Virus record (IMG/VR): IMGVR_UViG_3300042391_000141 | Span: 1-34,069 of that record | DNA: 34,069 nt | DNA from: a virus | Lineage: Duplodnaviria; Caudoviricetes | Strand: one strand, 5' to 3' | Shown: positions 8,341 through 17,633 of the stretch, in pieces | Layout: each line of letters starts with the position of its first letter | How positions within the stretch are numbered: position 1 is the first letter of the stretch | The notes under the pieces: generated by a model | Seen by the model: the letters and a program-made list of their open reading frames with translations, nothing else | Database searches by the model: none | What the model was told of the DNA's origin: nothing | Program-made: the position numbers and the translations under genes

Positions 8341-10352
8341 TTTGGTACGTATGAAGTTAAGTTTCTAAAATCTGATATTAATTGAAATGTAACATCGCCA
8401 CTTGTTAAATCTATTTGCATCGTGTTTATTATATATCGCTTATCTCTTATTACTAACCTATCATTTAACTTTATGTTGCTTAAAATTGATACTGGTAAGT
8501 TTGCCTTAATAGTAACTAATCGTGCTTTTGTATTGTATAAATTCGATAAGTAATCAAAGTAATAAACGTTTACAATTGAGTTCGCTATGTTTTCATTTAG
8601 CAAGGTAGATTGGTCTGCTCCAAAATTTAAAGAATACTTTACAGAACCTACTATTGCATCCTGCCCAAATGGTATATAGTTTAAAATATGGTTTGTACTT
8701 GTGCCATTGTTAAAATGAAACGAACAACTTAACTTGTTATACTTGTAAAGTAGTATTGGTTTAGGTATGTAAGGTTTATAATCTGGTGCTTTGGTTAAAC
8801 AATAGCCTACTTGTATGTTAGTACTTGTGAACTTATTAAAGTTTAGATTTTCAAAAGGTAGTTTAATAATGTAATCGCCACCATCTATGCTATACACGTT
8901 ACTTAAATCTCCGTATTCACGTGCGTATAAATCAAAAAACTTTCTATTTATCAATGATTCTGACTTTTCGTGTTCAAATGAAATCTTTTTAAACAATGGC
9001 ATTCTATCAATAGATGCTTCATTCTTATCTGTGTACTTTGTAATATCTCTTACACTTCCTGCGCTGTACCAATCTTCTAAAGGTAGAATAGTAAAACTAC
9101 TTGCACTTGTTGGAACGCACGTTAAATTAAACTGATTCAATACACCACTAAAGAAATCCGAAATTTTCATATCAGGCATATTAGATGATATATCTAAATT
9201 ACCAATTAAAGTTTGGCTATTACCTGTGCAAGTGTTTGTGTTTTGTACTGGTGTAGTTCCTACTGTAATATTGTGGTATAAGTTTGTTTCTGAAGTAAAC
9301 GCCATTAAAGCCCTTGCTTTTATTTTTAGTTCAATGGTCTTGTTTAATCCTGTTGAATTAGGAACGAAATACAATTGATAAAAGTCTGAACCTACTCCTT
9401 CCGTTGTACTTACTAAAACTCCATTTTCCCACACCTCAATAAAGTATGGTATTGCAGTTGATGAAGTAGTTATAGTAGTGTTAATTTGCCACAAGCCCTC
9501 GTCAACTGCTCCAGCGTTCAATGCGTCTGCTGAATAGAATAAGTTTATACTATTGTTAGTCGTGTTAAAAAAAGGTACTCCGGCTACGTTTGTACTTTCT
9601 GTTAGCGTTACGGTATCTAAATTTATAAGTTGTTTATCTGTGAAAAATTCAAATGTTTCTTTATTCTTTAAGTATAGAAAACAATCCGTAAATCTTTTGT
9701 TCGTTAAAAAACTACCTGTAAAATTAATACTATATTTGTTCTCAATAGCATCAAATATTTTAGGAACACGCAATGCAGGAAATAACTCTCCAAAGTGTAT
9801 ATGCCCTGATGTATTATCAATATCCTGCGATGGCGTTCCACTATTATATTGCCATAATCTACTACTTGAAATCAAAGGATAACGTAAATCGTAATCTACC
9901 GAATCTGAATTGATACGTGTCTGAACGTTTGCACCTGTGTATAAATGGCTATAAGCTGAATAATCCAAAGACGCTAACTTGTCCTCTCCAAACAAATCTT
10001 TTAACGTAACTAAGTCGCCATAAAAAGTAATAGTATAATTATCTACTTGTCCGTTCTTTAATTGTGCTTTTTCAAGTTGTATTTTACCTGTTCTAAATGG
10101 AACTAAATCTATTTCGATATACGCAGTTCTACGTATGTTATAATCTAATGTAGAATCAACTTCGTTTGCGTAGAAGTGTTGAAATATTTTATTGTTGTTT
10201 ACTGATGCAGGAATAGTAAAACTTTGCGAGAAATCAGTGTACGTTTTAGATATATCACTAATATTCTGAACGCTTGAATTAATCGTTATTTTCTCATCGT
10301 TGAATAATTCTAAACGCTGCCCTTCTATATATATTTCTACTTGTCTATTCAT
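8337..10352 (-). CDS. Minor tail / tail-tip hub-like protein (671 aa)
   Basis: DFSQSFTIPAS..NN pattern at the N-terminus, OB-like C-terminus, adjacent to the tape measure gene. Confidence 0.7.
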   Translation of the reverse strand: MNRQVEIYIEGQRLELFNDEKITINSSVQNISDISKTYTDFSQSFTIPASVNNNKIFQHFYANEVDSTLDYNIRRTAYIEIDLVPFRTGKIQLEKAQLKNGQVDNYTITFYGDLVTLKDLFGEDKLASLDYSAYSHLYTGANVQTRINSDSVDYDLRYPLISSSRLWQYNSGTPSQDIDNTSGHIHFGELFPALRVPKIFDAIENKYSINFTGSFLTNKRFTDCFLYLKNKETFEFFTDKQLINLDTVTLTESTNVAGVPFFNTTNNSINLFYSADALNAGAVDEGLWQINTTITTSSTAIPYFIEVWENGVLVSTTEGVGSDFYQLYFVPNSTGLNKTIELKIKARALMAFTSETNLYHNITVGTTPVQNTNTCTGNSQTLIGNLDISSNMPDMKISDFFSGVLNQFNLTCVPTSASSFTILPLEDWYSAGSVRDITKYTDKNEASIDRMPLFKKISFEHEKSESLINRKFFDLYAREYGDLSNVYSIDGGDYIIKLPFENLNFNKFTSTNIQVGYCLTKAPDYKPYIPKPILLYKYNKLSCSFHFNNGTSTNHILNYIPFGQDAIVGSVKYSLNFGADQSTLLNENIANSIVNVYYFDYLSNLYNTKARLVTIKANLPVSILSNIKLNDRLVIRDKRYIINTMQIDLTSGDVTFQLISDFRNLTSYVPK

Positions 10353-11386
10353 TACTTCATATTATTAATAATATCGTATGCGTACTCAAACTCTAATTGG
10401 TAGTTAATCATTTTAGTATTTATCTGCTTCTGCTTTTCAATACCTTTAGTTTTCATTTTTGCAGGTTTTCCATCTACTAAGATTCTTTCGCTTAACAATA
10501 TTTGTTGTACGATTTCTGCGTAGTCATCGTTTACCCATCCTGAATTAACCTTAATGCTTTCTGTTCCGTTTACGTTAAATACTTTTCTGCTACCTACGTT
10601 TACATCGTAGTTTACATTTGCACTTAGTAAATTATATTCTGCTCCTGATGTTTCAATGCTGTTTGAAGATGCTTTATAGAACCAAGCCTTTTGCCACGCT
10701 CCGTACTTGTTTACGAAGTCTATTGTAATTACATCGTACTTACATTCTTCGATAGGAATAAATGTATATTGTTTAGTACCTACTGATTTTAAAAGACGTA
10801 TCTTTACCCCATTTGTAAGGAACTCTAATTTTCTGCCTATTGGAACGTTATAAACTCCTGTAGTTGTTATAGGGTCGAATAAGTTAGTGCTGGATATTGG
10901 GTCTACAAAATTTACGTGATCGCCACTTCTTAAGTATGCTCTAAACATATCAACCGGCATCACTCCAGTATTGTGGAAATAATACGTTTGATTATGCACC
11001 AAACTTTCTTCTCCATTATCTGCGTTGTACCCTTGCTCAAAGTAACCATAACCATCGTATGCGATATAATCAATAGTATTTAAAAGCGTTGCAGTATTCT
11101 TGTATCGTTTTACACGTACATTGCACCATTGGTTAGTATTAGTTAAAGTTATAACATTAAACAAAGCTAAAGGTGTATCAAAGTTTATAAACTCCCTAAT
11201 AAATGGCGATATATCGTAGCTTGTTTTTAAGTTAGTTGCACTTGGTACATTCTTACTTAAAGTATAAGTTGGAGTTGCAGGTGCTGAACCTGTACCGTTC
11301 CATATAAATATTTCTACTTTACTTGAAGTTTGTGCTGCTTCGTTAATTTCTATAATGAAAGGTGAACGTGCAAAAATGTTAGGCAT
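10352..11386 (-). CDS. Minor tail protein, distal-tail-like (344 aa)
   Basis: ARSPF, FVNKYGAWQ and VNSGWV patterns; position in the tail operon. Confidence 0.65.
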   Translation of the reverse strand: MPNIFARSPFIIEINEAAQTSSKVEIFIWNGTGSAPATPTYTLSKNVPSATNLKTSYDISPFIREFINFDTPLALFNVITLTNTNQWCNVRVKRYKNTATLLNTIDYIAYDGYGYFEQGYNADNGEESLVHNQTYYFHNTGVMPVDMFRAYLRSGDHVNFVDPISSTNLFDPITTTGVYNVPIGRKLEFLTNGVKIRLLKSVGTKQYTFIPIEECKYDVITIDFVNKYGAWQKAWFYKASSNSIETSGAEYNLLSANVNYDVNVGSRKVFNVNGTESIKVNSGWVNDDYAEIVQQILLSERILVDGKPAKMKTKGIEKQKQINTKMINYQLEFEYAYDIINNMK

Positions 11387-11388
11387 AT

Positions 11389-11898
11389 CTATTTAATTAA
11401 AATTGTTTTATTCATTGTTTCCTCTACATCTAATGCGAAGGCTTGTATTGTTTCTTCAGGTAGGTTTTTAAACGCTGCTTCAAATGGTTTGGTAAAAAAC
11501 AAACTCGGTTTAATTCCTTTGTTGAATACTGAACGTGCAATAAGAAATCCTAAACTTTTATAGCTTATAAATCTTCCGTTTGCGCCACGTGGTTTAATTC
11601 CTTTCTTCTTTGCCCACTCCTCAAATGGTTTGCTCGGTGGTCGTTTATTCTTAAAACTAAACTTAGTATCGTATTTCTTTTGCTTACCACTTACCCCCTT
11701 ATCTTGAAACGTTCCGTATTGATTCATTCCAAACTCTAAGAAGATAGAATTAGGCATCGCTTTCACTTCTCCATAGATTGAGTTATAAAGTCCTTTAGAT
11801 GCGTTCTTTTGCTTATTGGTTAAGTTCTTTCTTGATTCCTTAACTACGTGCAACCTAAACCTATCTAATACCTTTTGAGTTTGTTTAATGTTTAACAT
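11389..11898 (-). CDS. Putative neck / tail completion protein (169 aa, basic)
   Basis: ASKGLYNSI, YGTFQDKGV and IARSVFNKGIKP patterns resemble HK97 gp10-like neck proteins. Confidence 0.65.
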   Translation of the reverse strand: MLNIKQTQKVLDRFRLHVVKESRKNLTNKQKNASKGLYNSIYGEVKAMPNSIFLEFGMNQYGTFQDKGVSGKQKKYDTKFSFKNKRPPSKPFEEWAKKKGIKPRGANGRFISYKSLGFLIARSVFNKGIKPSLFFTKPFEAAFKNLPEETIQAFALDVEETMNKTILIK

Positions 11899-12347
11899 AT
11901 ACTCATTTCGTTTGGTACTAATACGTCAAAGGTCATAGTCCATCCTGCTAAAAAGTTTTCGAATCGTTCGGTAAATGGTTCACACGTTGCTGTTCCATCT
12001 ACTTGATATAAATTATCAAATAAGTCACCACGCTTTGCAGATTCATATACACGTTGGCAAACTATTAACTGCTGGTTTAATACGTCTTGTACGTTATCGT
12101 TGCCTATGTATTCATTTGGCGCATCTTCTTTATTAATATCTACTATATCCATTGCTACAATAGAAACATTAAAACGTGTTTGGTTATTCTCAAACGTTGC
12201 GTTGTTAACGATAATATGCGATAAAGGGAATATAGTCTGTTTGGCTAAATCCACATCGTATATATCGCCTTGCGTTACCGTGTTAACAAATGGTATTGTT
12301 TCAAGTTCTGCCTTGATTGTGTCTATTAAGTTGTAAAATCCCTTCAT
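11892..12347 (-). CDS. Putative tail terminator protein (151 aa, acidic)
   Basis: Size, FPLSHI and EPFTERFEN.LAGW patterns, and gene context. Confidence 0.6.
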   Translation of the reverse strand: MKGFYNLIDTIKAELETIPFVNTVTQGDIYDVDLAKQTIFPLSHIIVNNATFENNQTRFNVSIVAMDIVDINKEDAPNEYIGNDNVQDVLNQQLIVCQRVYESAKRGDLFDNLYQVDGTATCEPFTERFENFLAGWTMTFDVLVPNEMSIC

Positions 12348-13101
12348 CGTTTCATTATTCTATCTATTTTTCTTTGTTCTATTTCTTGCTTCTCTTTTTC
12401 AAATGTAAGAAGTGTTAAACATTTAGTAAGTGGTTGTCTGGTAACTTCATTGAATCGTGTAACATCTCCTTGAGAGAGTGCATATATGCTTGAATACCAT
12501 CCCCACCGTTTTCCAAATTGAGTTGTTTCGCTAAAGTCGCTTTCTGCTTCTTGCTCATCGTTTTCTCTAAATAGTCCATCGTAGCTTGTAGTAATTCTTT
12601 TCCTAAATTCCAAAAAAAAACCTGCGCTGCAAGTGCAATAGATATTGGAGCAAATTCCATAACCTCTGCAAAGTTCGCACTTGATTCATACGACTGTATA
12701 TCGTATCTGTTCTTCTGCTCTCTAACTATTGGTCTGTACATAACTGCCATTGCTTTATTCATTGTTTCAAATGAAGATAAGTTAGCTTCTAAATCTACGT
12801 ACTCGCCAAATGATATATCTTCTAAGTTCGGAATAAAACCGAACTCTACACCGCCTAATGTAAACCTTTTAACAAACTCGTGCTTTGCAGCAAACAAATT
12901 ATTTAAGTGCTGTACTACATCAATGATTGAAGAATAAGAAATCTTGCTTACTTCCGATAGTTCCATATTGCAGAATATAGATACCATCTTCATAGCTATA
13001 AACTCATCGTCTTGGTTGTTCGATTGTATCTTTACGAACTCGCTATACTGCTTTACGGTAATTTCTTCTAATGTACTTGGAACTTTTATTGTAACCTTCA
13101 T
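12344..13101 (-). CDS. Tail assembly chaperone, -1 frameshift (gpGT-like) product, ~252 aa
   Basis: The -1 frame ORF 12344..12613 opens exactly at the T9 run (12612-12620), is ATGA-coupled to the next gene, and has a WGWYSSIYAL pattern. Confidence 0.7.
12415..13101 (-). CDS. Tail assembly chaperone, unshifted (gpG-like) product (228 aa)
   Basis: ITVKQY and FGFIPNLEDISFGEYVDLE patterns; contains the slippery GTT TTT TTT site. Confidence 0.75.
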   Translation of the reverse strand: MKVTIKVPSTLEEITVKQYSEFVKIQSNNQDDEFIAMKMVSIFCNMELSEVSKISYSSIIDVVQHLNNLFAAKHEFVKRFTLGGVEFGFIPNLEDISFGEYVDLEANLSSFETMNKAMAVMYRPIVREQKNRYDIQSYESSANFAEVMEFAPISIALAAQVFFWNLGKELLQATMDYLEKTMSKKQKATLAKQLNLENGGDGIQAYMHSLKEMLHDSMKLPDNHLLNV

Positions 13102-13106
13102 ATTAT

Positions 13107-13133
13107 TATAACCTATTTATGTTTATTTTGTTG
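13107..13133 (-). promoter_or_regulatory. Candidate late promoter CAACAAAA-N13-GTTATA
   Basis: Copy of the motif 5 nt upstream of the chaperone ATG. Confidence 0.6.
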
Positions 13134-13280
13134 TATGTAATCGTATGCGATACATAACATTTGAAAGTGTCGGTGCATCATCATAGGATTATCGAATACT
13201 ATTTTAACTTTTCGTTGTTTCTTTTCCCATATGTAATCCTCAACTACACGTATGTATTCTTGTATGTCTATGTTATTCAT
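13113..13280 (-). CDS. Small hypothetical protein MNNIDIQEYIRVVEDYIWEKK... (55 aa)
   Basis: Read by hand. ATGA-coupled to terL. Confidence 0.7.
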   Translation of the reverse strand: MNNIDIQEYIRVVEDYIWEKKQRKVKIVFDNPMMMHRHFQMLCIAYDYIQQNKHK

Positions 13281-14482
13281 CGTATATTATATTTACCTTT
13301 GTTAGGATTAACTAATTGATAAGATACTGCATATCTAATAGCGTCAATTGCGTGGTTAAATTTATCTATTGGCGTGTTAGACTTTTTCTCAAGCCACGAA
13401 TAGTTATTAAACTCTTTGTGTAAATCAATTGATTCAGCATCTACTATTAAATCGTAGTCTGATAATAAACTAATACCATATACAACTGAATCCGCTCCTT
13501 TAATTGCAGGTACTACATTGCAACCTAAATGTTTAATCTCGTTTATTAAACGTGGTTCTGCACTATCTGCTACTATCAATCTATCCTTTGCAAATTGCTT
13601 GTTTAGTTGTGCTATGTTTGATGTGGTTAAACCTTGCTTGTAATAGTGCAAACGTAAATAGATAATCTTATTGTTTAAGTCTATGTTTGTTTCTACTAAT
13701 GTAGTCGGATCGTTGCTAAATCCGTAATCTTGTCCGAATACTGAAACGCCTACTTCTTTAAATTCTCCTATGCTCCAGTTGTTAAAGATAACACCCTCAG
13801 CTTTGTTTAACCAACCACCTAATATTGTGTGCTTGTATTTCTCTGGTCTACGTTGTTTTATTTCTTCCACCTGCTCAATGAACGATGGCGAAAGGTTGTT
13901 TATGTTATCTAAGTACGTTGTGTGTATGTATGTGCAATCTCCGTTTATTAATGTTTGTCCTGCCTCAATACCTTTCGATTCAAAGAACTTGTTATATATA
14001 AAGTGTTCTTTCGTAGTTGGGTTAAGTATTAAGATTACTCGGTTCTGCTTTGTCTTATGCCTGATAGATAAATCAATTTTATCGAATACATCCTCATCTG
14101 TTAACTCCTCTGCCTCATCAAGTACCCACGTAGTAACACCTTGCAAAGATTTTAAGTTGGCTGTTTGTGTTCCGCTACTTGTTTTAATTCCTTTAAAGAT
14201 AATCTTTGAACCAGTACGTATGTTTATAATCTCGTCTTTAGTTATCGTAAAATCGGATTGCATATCCATCATTTCAATCTTTTCGATAAACTCTGGTATA
14301 ATAGATATGTTTGCAGAAACTAATGTGTATCGTGTAAATAATATTACGTGGTTTGCTTCTTGAGTTAATAAAAGCAGAAACGTGGTAACACTAAAAGATT
14401 TAGAACTACCACGCCCACCTGTTACAATGAAGTAACGAGAATCACTACCTAAGTAATTATACTTACTATTTAATTTTATCAA
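13277..14482 (-). CDS. terL: Terminase large subunit, PBSX/Terminase_3-like (401 aa)
   Basis: Walker A GGRGSSKS, Walker B WVLDEAEE, LNP motif, and nuclease motifs GQDYGFSNDP, ADSAEP, NHAIDAIRY. Confidence 0.96.
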   Translation of the reverse strand: MIKLNSKYNYLGSDSRYFIVTGGRGSSKSFSVTTFLLLLTQEANHVILFTRYTLVSANISIIPEFIEKIEMMDMQSDFTITKDEIINIRTGSKIIFKGIKTSSGTQTANLKSLQGVTTWVLDEAEELTDEDVFDKIDLSIRHKTKQNRVILILNPTTKEHFIYNKFFESKGIEAGQTLINGDCTYIHTTYLDNINNLSPSFIEQVEEIKQRRPEKYKHTILGGWLNKAEGVIFNNWSIGEFKEVGVSVFGQDYGFSNDPTTLVETNIDLNNKIIYLRLHYYKQGLTTSNIAQLNKQFAKDRLIVADSAEPRLINEIKHLGCNVVPAIKGADSVVYGISLLSDYDLIVDAESIDLHKEFNNYSWLEKKSNTPIDKFNHAIDAIRYAVSYQLVNPNKGKYNIR

Positions 14483-14741
14483 TTGAGAATAAGTCTTTAA
14501 TGTTTATACTGCTTATGTTTGTCGTTTGCTCAATCGTTTCTTTTGGATTGCCATACGTGTAAGCAAGGATTAACTTACTCGCACTTATCTTATCCGCATC
14601 TTTTGATTTAGGATTAACAACTATGTTTGCTAAACATTGCACCGCATCAAGTGAATAAGGCTTCATTAAATCTCTAATCCTATTCTCTTCGTCTTTTGAT
14701 TTACGACCTGAGTTTGGTCTAACTCCCCCTCGTTTTTCCAT
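14466..14741 (-). CDS. Putative terminase small subunit (91 aa)
   Basis: Overlaps the terL start; N-terminal RGG.RPNSGRK motif. Confidence 0.7.
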   Translation of the reverse strand: MEKRGGVRPNSGRKSKDEENRIRDLMKPYSLDAVQCLANIVVNPKSKDADKISASKLILAYTYGNPKETIEQTTNISSINIKDLFSIDKIK

Positions 14742-14759
14742 TGGTTTTGTTTTGGTTAA

Positions 14760-15005
14760 TCAAATTTTCTTTTTTGCTTTACGCATTAAGTAAGAACCGT
14801 TATTGTATTGCTCCCAATCTGTTGTATCTGAACAAACTGAATAACCGATAGTGTCTACTGGTCCTGTGTAATACCATTTGTTATTCAAGAACACTTGGTG
14901 CTTAATTGCTTTTAATGATGTACATTCTGTGTTAGGTGCTATATCTTCTTTCTTGCAAGATGCTACTACTACTACTAATGCTAATACTAATAATATTTTT
15001 TTCAT
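14760..15005 (-). CDS. Lipoprotein (81 aa)
   Basis: Signal peptide II MKKILLVLALVVVVAS-C followed by KKED. Confidence 0.8.
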   Translation of the reverse strand: MKKILLVLALVVVVASCKKEDIAPNTECTSLKAIKHQVFLNNKWYYTGPVDTIGYSVCSDTTDWEQYNNGSYLMRKAKKKI

Positions 15006-15025
15006 AATTCGTGCGTTTAAATGTT

Positions 15026-15292
15026 TTAAATGTTAGATAAATTTGCATTGACAATAATTCCACATTTGTATCTAAGTCTATCTTTTTCTCCTGTCTGCTT
15101 AAATGTATAGTGTCTTCGAGAGTTAAAACAGCGTTCAAACTCATCTTCAATATCTTCTACAGTGTGGTTTTCTATTAAGTTGTTTACCAATTCTTCTTGG
15201 TATTCATATTGTGTCTCTGTATCGTTTTCTAAATCTTCTTCAAAAAGTCTATTATACTTTTCTACTTGTTCTTTTGTAAATTTAATTTTCAT
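15026..15292 (-). CDS. Hypothetical acidic protein (88 aa)
   Basis: ORF with an A-rich start region and its own promoter. Confidence 0.65.
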   Translation of the reverse strand: MKIKFTKEQVEKYNRLFEEDLENDTETQYEYQEELVNNLIENHTVEDIEDEFERCFNSRRHYTFKQTGEKDRLRYKCGIIVNANLSNI

Positions 15293-15307
15293 TTTTATTT
15301 ATTTAAC

Positions 15308-15334
15308 TGTTAATAACTTGTACAAATATAAACA
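15308..15334 (-). promoter_or_regulatory. TATATTTG promoter module, near-identical to 23639-23665
   Basis: TGTTTATATTTGTACAAGTTATTAACA, containing the -7 consensus. Confidence 0.6.
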
Positions 15335-15340
15335 AATATT

Positions 15341-15733
15341 TTAATTCAAATAGTTTTCGTGAATTTTTTTTAATTTATTTATAATTTCAGCTAAACAAGT
15401 TGCACAACTGGTAGGTTCTTGGTTTTGTTTGAAAGTGCGATTATAAATTTTAAGTATCTCTCTTTGCTCTGATGGTTTAACGCTGTTGCGATGTACTGCA
15501 AACCATTCTGTAAGATAGTTGTATTCGGTTTCTGTAAGGCATTCAGGTTTAATGTAAGGAAACAAATGGTTTAGTTTTTGTTTACGTTCCTCGCATCCGC
15601 AATCTTCGCCCATAATGAACTTGGCTACTTTATCTATTCCTGTAGCTTGTAATACTTTCTCTACGGTATCGCCTAATCCTTTTGATTGTGGTTTACGTGT
15701 TCTTGGTTTTCTTGTTTTCTTTTCCATATTCAT
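15341..15733 (-). CDS. Phage hypothetical protein, possible Zn-binding (130 aa)
   Basis: KGLGDTVEK...DCGCEERK..LN and CATC motifs. Confidence 0.75.
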   Translation of the reverse strand: MNMEKKTRKPRTRKPQSKGLGDTVEKVLQATGIDKVAKFIMGEDCGCEERKQKLNHLFPYIKPECLTETEYNYLTEWFAVHRNSVKPSEQREILKIYNRTFKQNQEPTSCATCLAEIINKLKKIHENYLN

Positions 15734-15956
15734 TTAATTCTTTTTTTAATATTTCGTTTTCTTTTTCTAATTCAATTGCTTTATTAGACCAATACTTTAA
15801 ATCTTGTTCTATTGCGTCTTCTTCAAATTCATATAAATTTAAACCATCAATTATTATTTTAATTTCTGAATCAAATTGTTCGTGTGTTCTTAATAATAAT
15901 TTACAGAATAAAAATGCTTTTTGATAATCTGCATATTTAATTTTATTTTTTATCAT
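15693..15956 (-). CDS. Hypothetical protein (87 aa)
   Basis: ORF packed in the operon; very AT-rich. Confidence 0.6.
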   Translation of the reverse strand: MIKNKIKYADYQKAFLFCKLLLRTHEQFDSEIKIIIDGLNLYEFEEDAIEQDLKYWSNKAIELEKENEILKKELNEYGKENKKTKNT

Positions 15957-16410
15957 ATTTCTTTAATTTATTTTTACACTTCTTTAATGTTACGAATATA
16001 CTTTTCTCGCTAATGTTTGTTTCTTTGGCTAATTTACGAATGCTCATACCAGAATCAATGTATAAATTAAATAGTATCTCATCGTAGTAATGCCAAGATG
16101 CTATCTCGTTTTCTATTCTATTCTCAAATTCTATGTATGAATCGTGCGAAATATCAAAGTTGTCATCTAATCTTACAACCTCGAAACGTGATTTTAGTTG
16201 CACGTAGTTAAGAAATAAGTTACGCAGTACGAAGTATATGTAGCCTTTGTTTAGTGTTCCACGCTTCACAATCTTATCGTAAGTGGTGTACTTGTTTATT
16301 CGTAGGTACATTTCCTGAACGATATCTTCAGTATAGAACTCCTCGCCAAATGAACGAACTACATCTACCCATTCGTTGTGATACTTCGCAACCTCATCTA
16401 ATAACTTCAT
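15943..16410 (-). CDS. ECF-like RNA polymerase sigma factor / late activator (155 aa)
   Basis: Region-2-like EDIVQEMYL...YIYFVLRNLFLN and region-4 HTH SIRKLAKETNISEKSI. Confidence 0.85.
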   Translation of the reverse strand: MKLLDEVAKYHNEWVDVVRSFGEEFYTEDIVQEMYLRINKYTTYDKIVKRGTLNKGYIYFVLRNLFLNYVQLKSRFEVVRLDDNFDISHDSYIEFENRIENEIASWHYYDEILFNLYIDSGMSIRKLAKETNISEKSIFVTLKKCKNKLKKYDKK

Positions 16411-16460
16411 TCGTTTTTGTTTGCAATTATAATATTTTTTATTATAAACGAAACATTTTG

Positions 16461-16625
16461 TTAATAAGTTTCTTCATCTAATGGCAAATCTTGTGAACCT
16501 TTGCAGTAAGCATCAATAATTTCTTCATCGTATTTTTCTTTTGCTTCTTTTAAAATTGCATACCAAGTTAACTTGTCTTTTGGTAACTCCCATAATTGCT
16601 CAAATAAATAATCTACTGCACTCAT
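16461..16625 (-). CDS. Small hypothetical protein MSAVDYLFEQLWELPKD... (54 aa)
   Basis: Read by hand. ATGA-coupled to ninG; resembles 24701..24937. Confidence 0.7.
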   Translation of the reverse strand: MSAVDYLFEQLWELPKDKLTWYAILKEAKEKYDEEIIDAYCKGSQDLPLDEETY

Positions 16626-17155
16626 AATTCTTTACATTTTTGTTTATAATACTCTGCAAGTTCTTTCAATTCATCCTTTGTGTACTTTCTTGTAATGTAT
16701 GCACGTTCACGTAACATAGTAAATTCATCTGCTCCTATCTTGTTTTCTAAATGTATTCCGTATTCAATTAGGTTACCTGATAAAAACGTATTGCAGTGTT
16801 CACATTGTAAGTGTACATTCATCTCATCAAATCGAACGTTTGTATGTGTACCAGCAGAAAAATAGTGTCCAGCATTCTCTTTCTTTGGTTTCTTTTGGCA
16901 ACTGATACATAAATTACCTGCATCTCTTAAACGAATGTACTTATTAAAATGCGTTTGAGCAATCTTAAACCAGTCTTGTAACGTCATTAAATCGTCTTTT
17001 AACGCTTTCTTACGCACTTTCTTTATCTTTTCAAGGTTCTTTATTGCTTGACGTGTTTTAGTGCATACAAAGCAAAGTTTATCCGTTGTTCGATATGGTG
17101 TGAATATCGTTTCACATTCCTTGCATTTCTTTTCAAAGTTATTCTTAAATGCCAT
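16622..17155 (-). CDS. ninG: NinG/Rap-like recombination endonuclease (177 aa)
   Basis: AQTHFNKYIRLRD...CISC...AGHY...RFDEMNVHLQCEHCN..LSGN. Confidence 0.9.
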   Translation of the reverse strand: MAFKNNFEKKCKECETIFTPYRTTDKLCFVCTKTRQAIKNLEKIKKVRKKALKDDLMTLQDWFKIAQTHFNKYIRLRDAGNLCISCQKKPKKENAGHYFSAGTHTNVRFDEMNVHLQCEHCNTFLSGNLIEYGIHLENKIGADEFTMLRERAYITRKYTKDELKELAEYYKQKCKEL

Positions 17156-17438
17156 TTGTCAAATTTTCGTTTATCTTTTTTAACTGCTCTATTTCTCTTG
17201 TCAACTCCATTACTTTTTTGTGTTCTGCGTATAGTAATGTTTGGTATTGTTTGTTTTCATCGACTAAAATATTAAAAGTAGTTCGTGCGTCTTGTAGAAA
17301 ATCAAAGTGCTTTTGCATTGACTCAATTAAATCTGTACGATGTGAATTCTTTTTTTTGATGTCGTCTATTGAAATCTGTAAAGATTGCGTCAACGATTCA
17401 AAAGTTATTGATGCTTCTATTATTGCTATTTGTTTCAT
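17145..17438 (-). CDS. Hypothetical coiled-coil protein (97 aa)
   Basis: Translationally coupled ORF. Confidence 0.7.
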   Translation of the reverse strand: MKQIAIIEASITFESLTQSLQISIDDIKKKNSHRTDLIESMQKHFDFLQDARTTFNILVDENKQYQTLLYAEHKKVMELTREIEQLKKINENLTNGI

Positions 17439-17632
17439 ATCATTATTAAAATGTTTTTTTCACTTGAAATTTCAACTTCAAAATGGTTTGTTTCTTCACA
17501 ATTACACGCTAATTCATATACAAGTAAATCATTAATTCTAACTTTTATACCAGTTATTATTCTTGCTTTTTGGTCTATGTCTGTTATTAGATATACTATA
17601 TCTCCTAAATTAAATTTGTTATTTATATACAT
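17435..17632 (-). CDS. Hypothetical protein, SH3-like small beta fold possible (~65 aa)
   Basis: ATG at 17632 directly follows the helicase stop; KFNLGDIVYL pattern. Confidence 0.65.
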   Translation of the reverse strand: MYINNKFNLGDIVYLITDIDQKARIITGIKVRINDLLVYELACNCEETNHFEVEISSEKNILIMI

Positions 17633-17633
17633 A

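Noticed and set aside
13770-14363. 197-aa plus-strand ORF and the other plus-strand ORFs in the track
   Set aside because: They are antisense shadows of well-supported minus-strand genes, with no promoters, start regions or recognisable motifs.
14932-15150. 72-aa minus-strand ORF
   Set aside because: It overlaps both the lipoprotein and the 88-aa gene in another frame.
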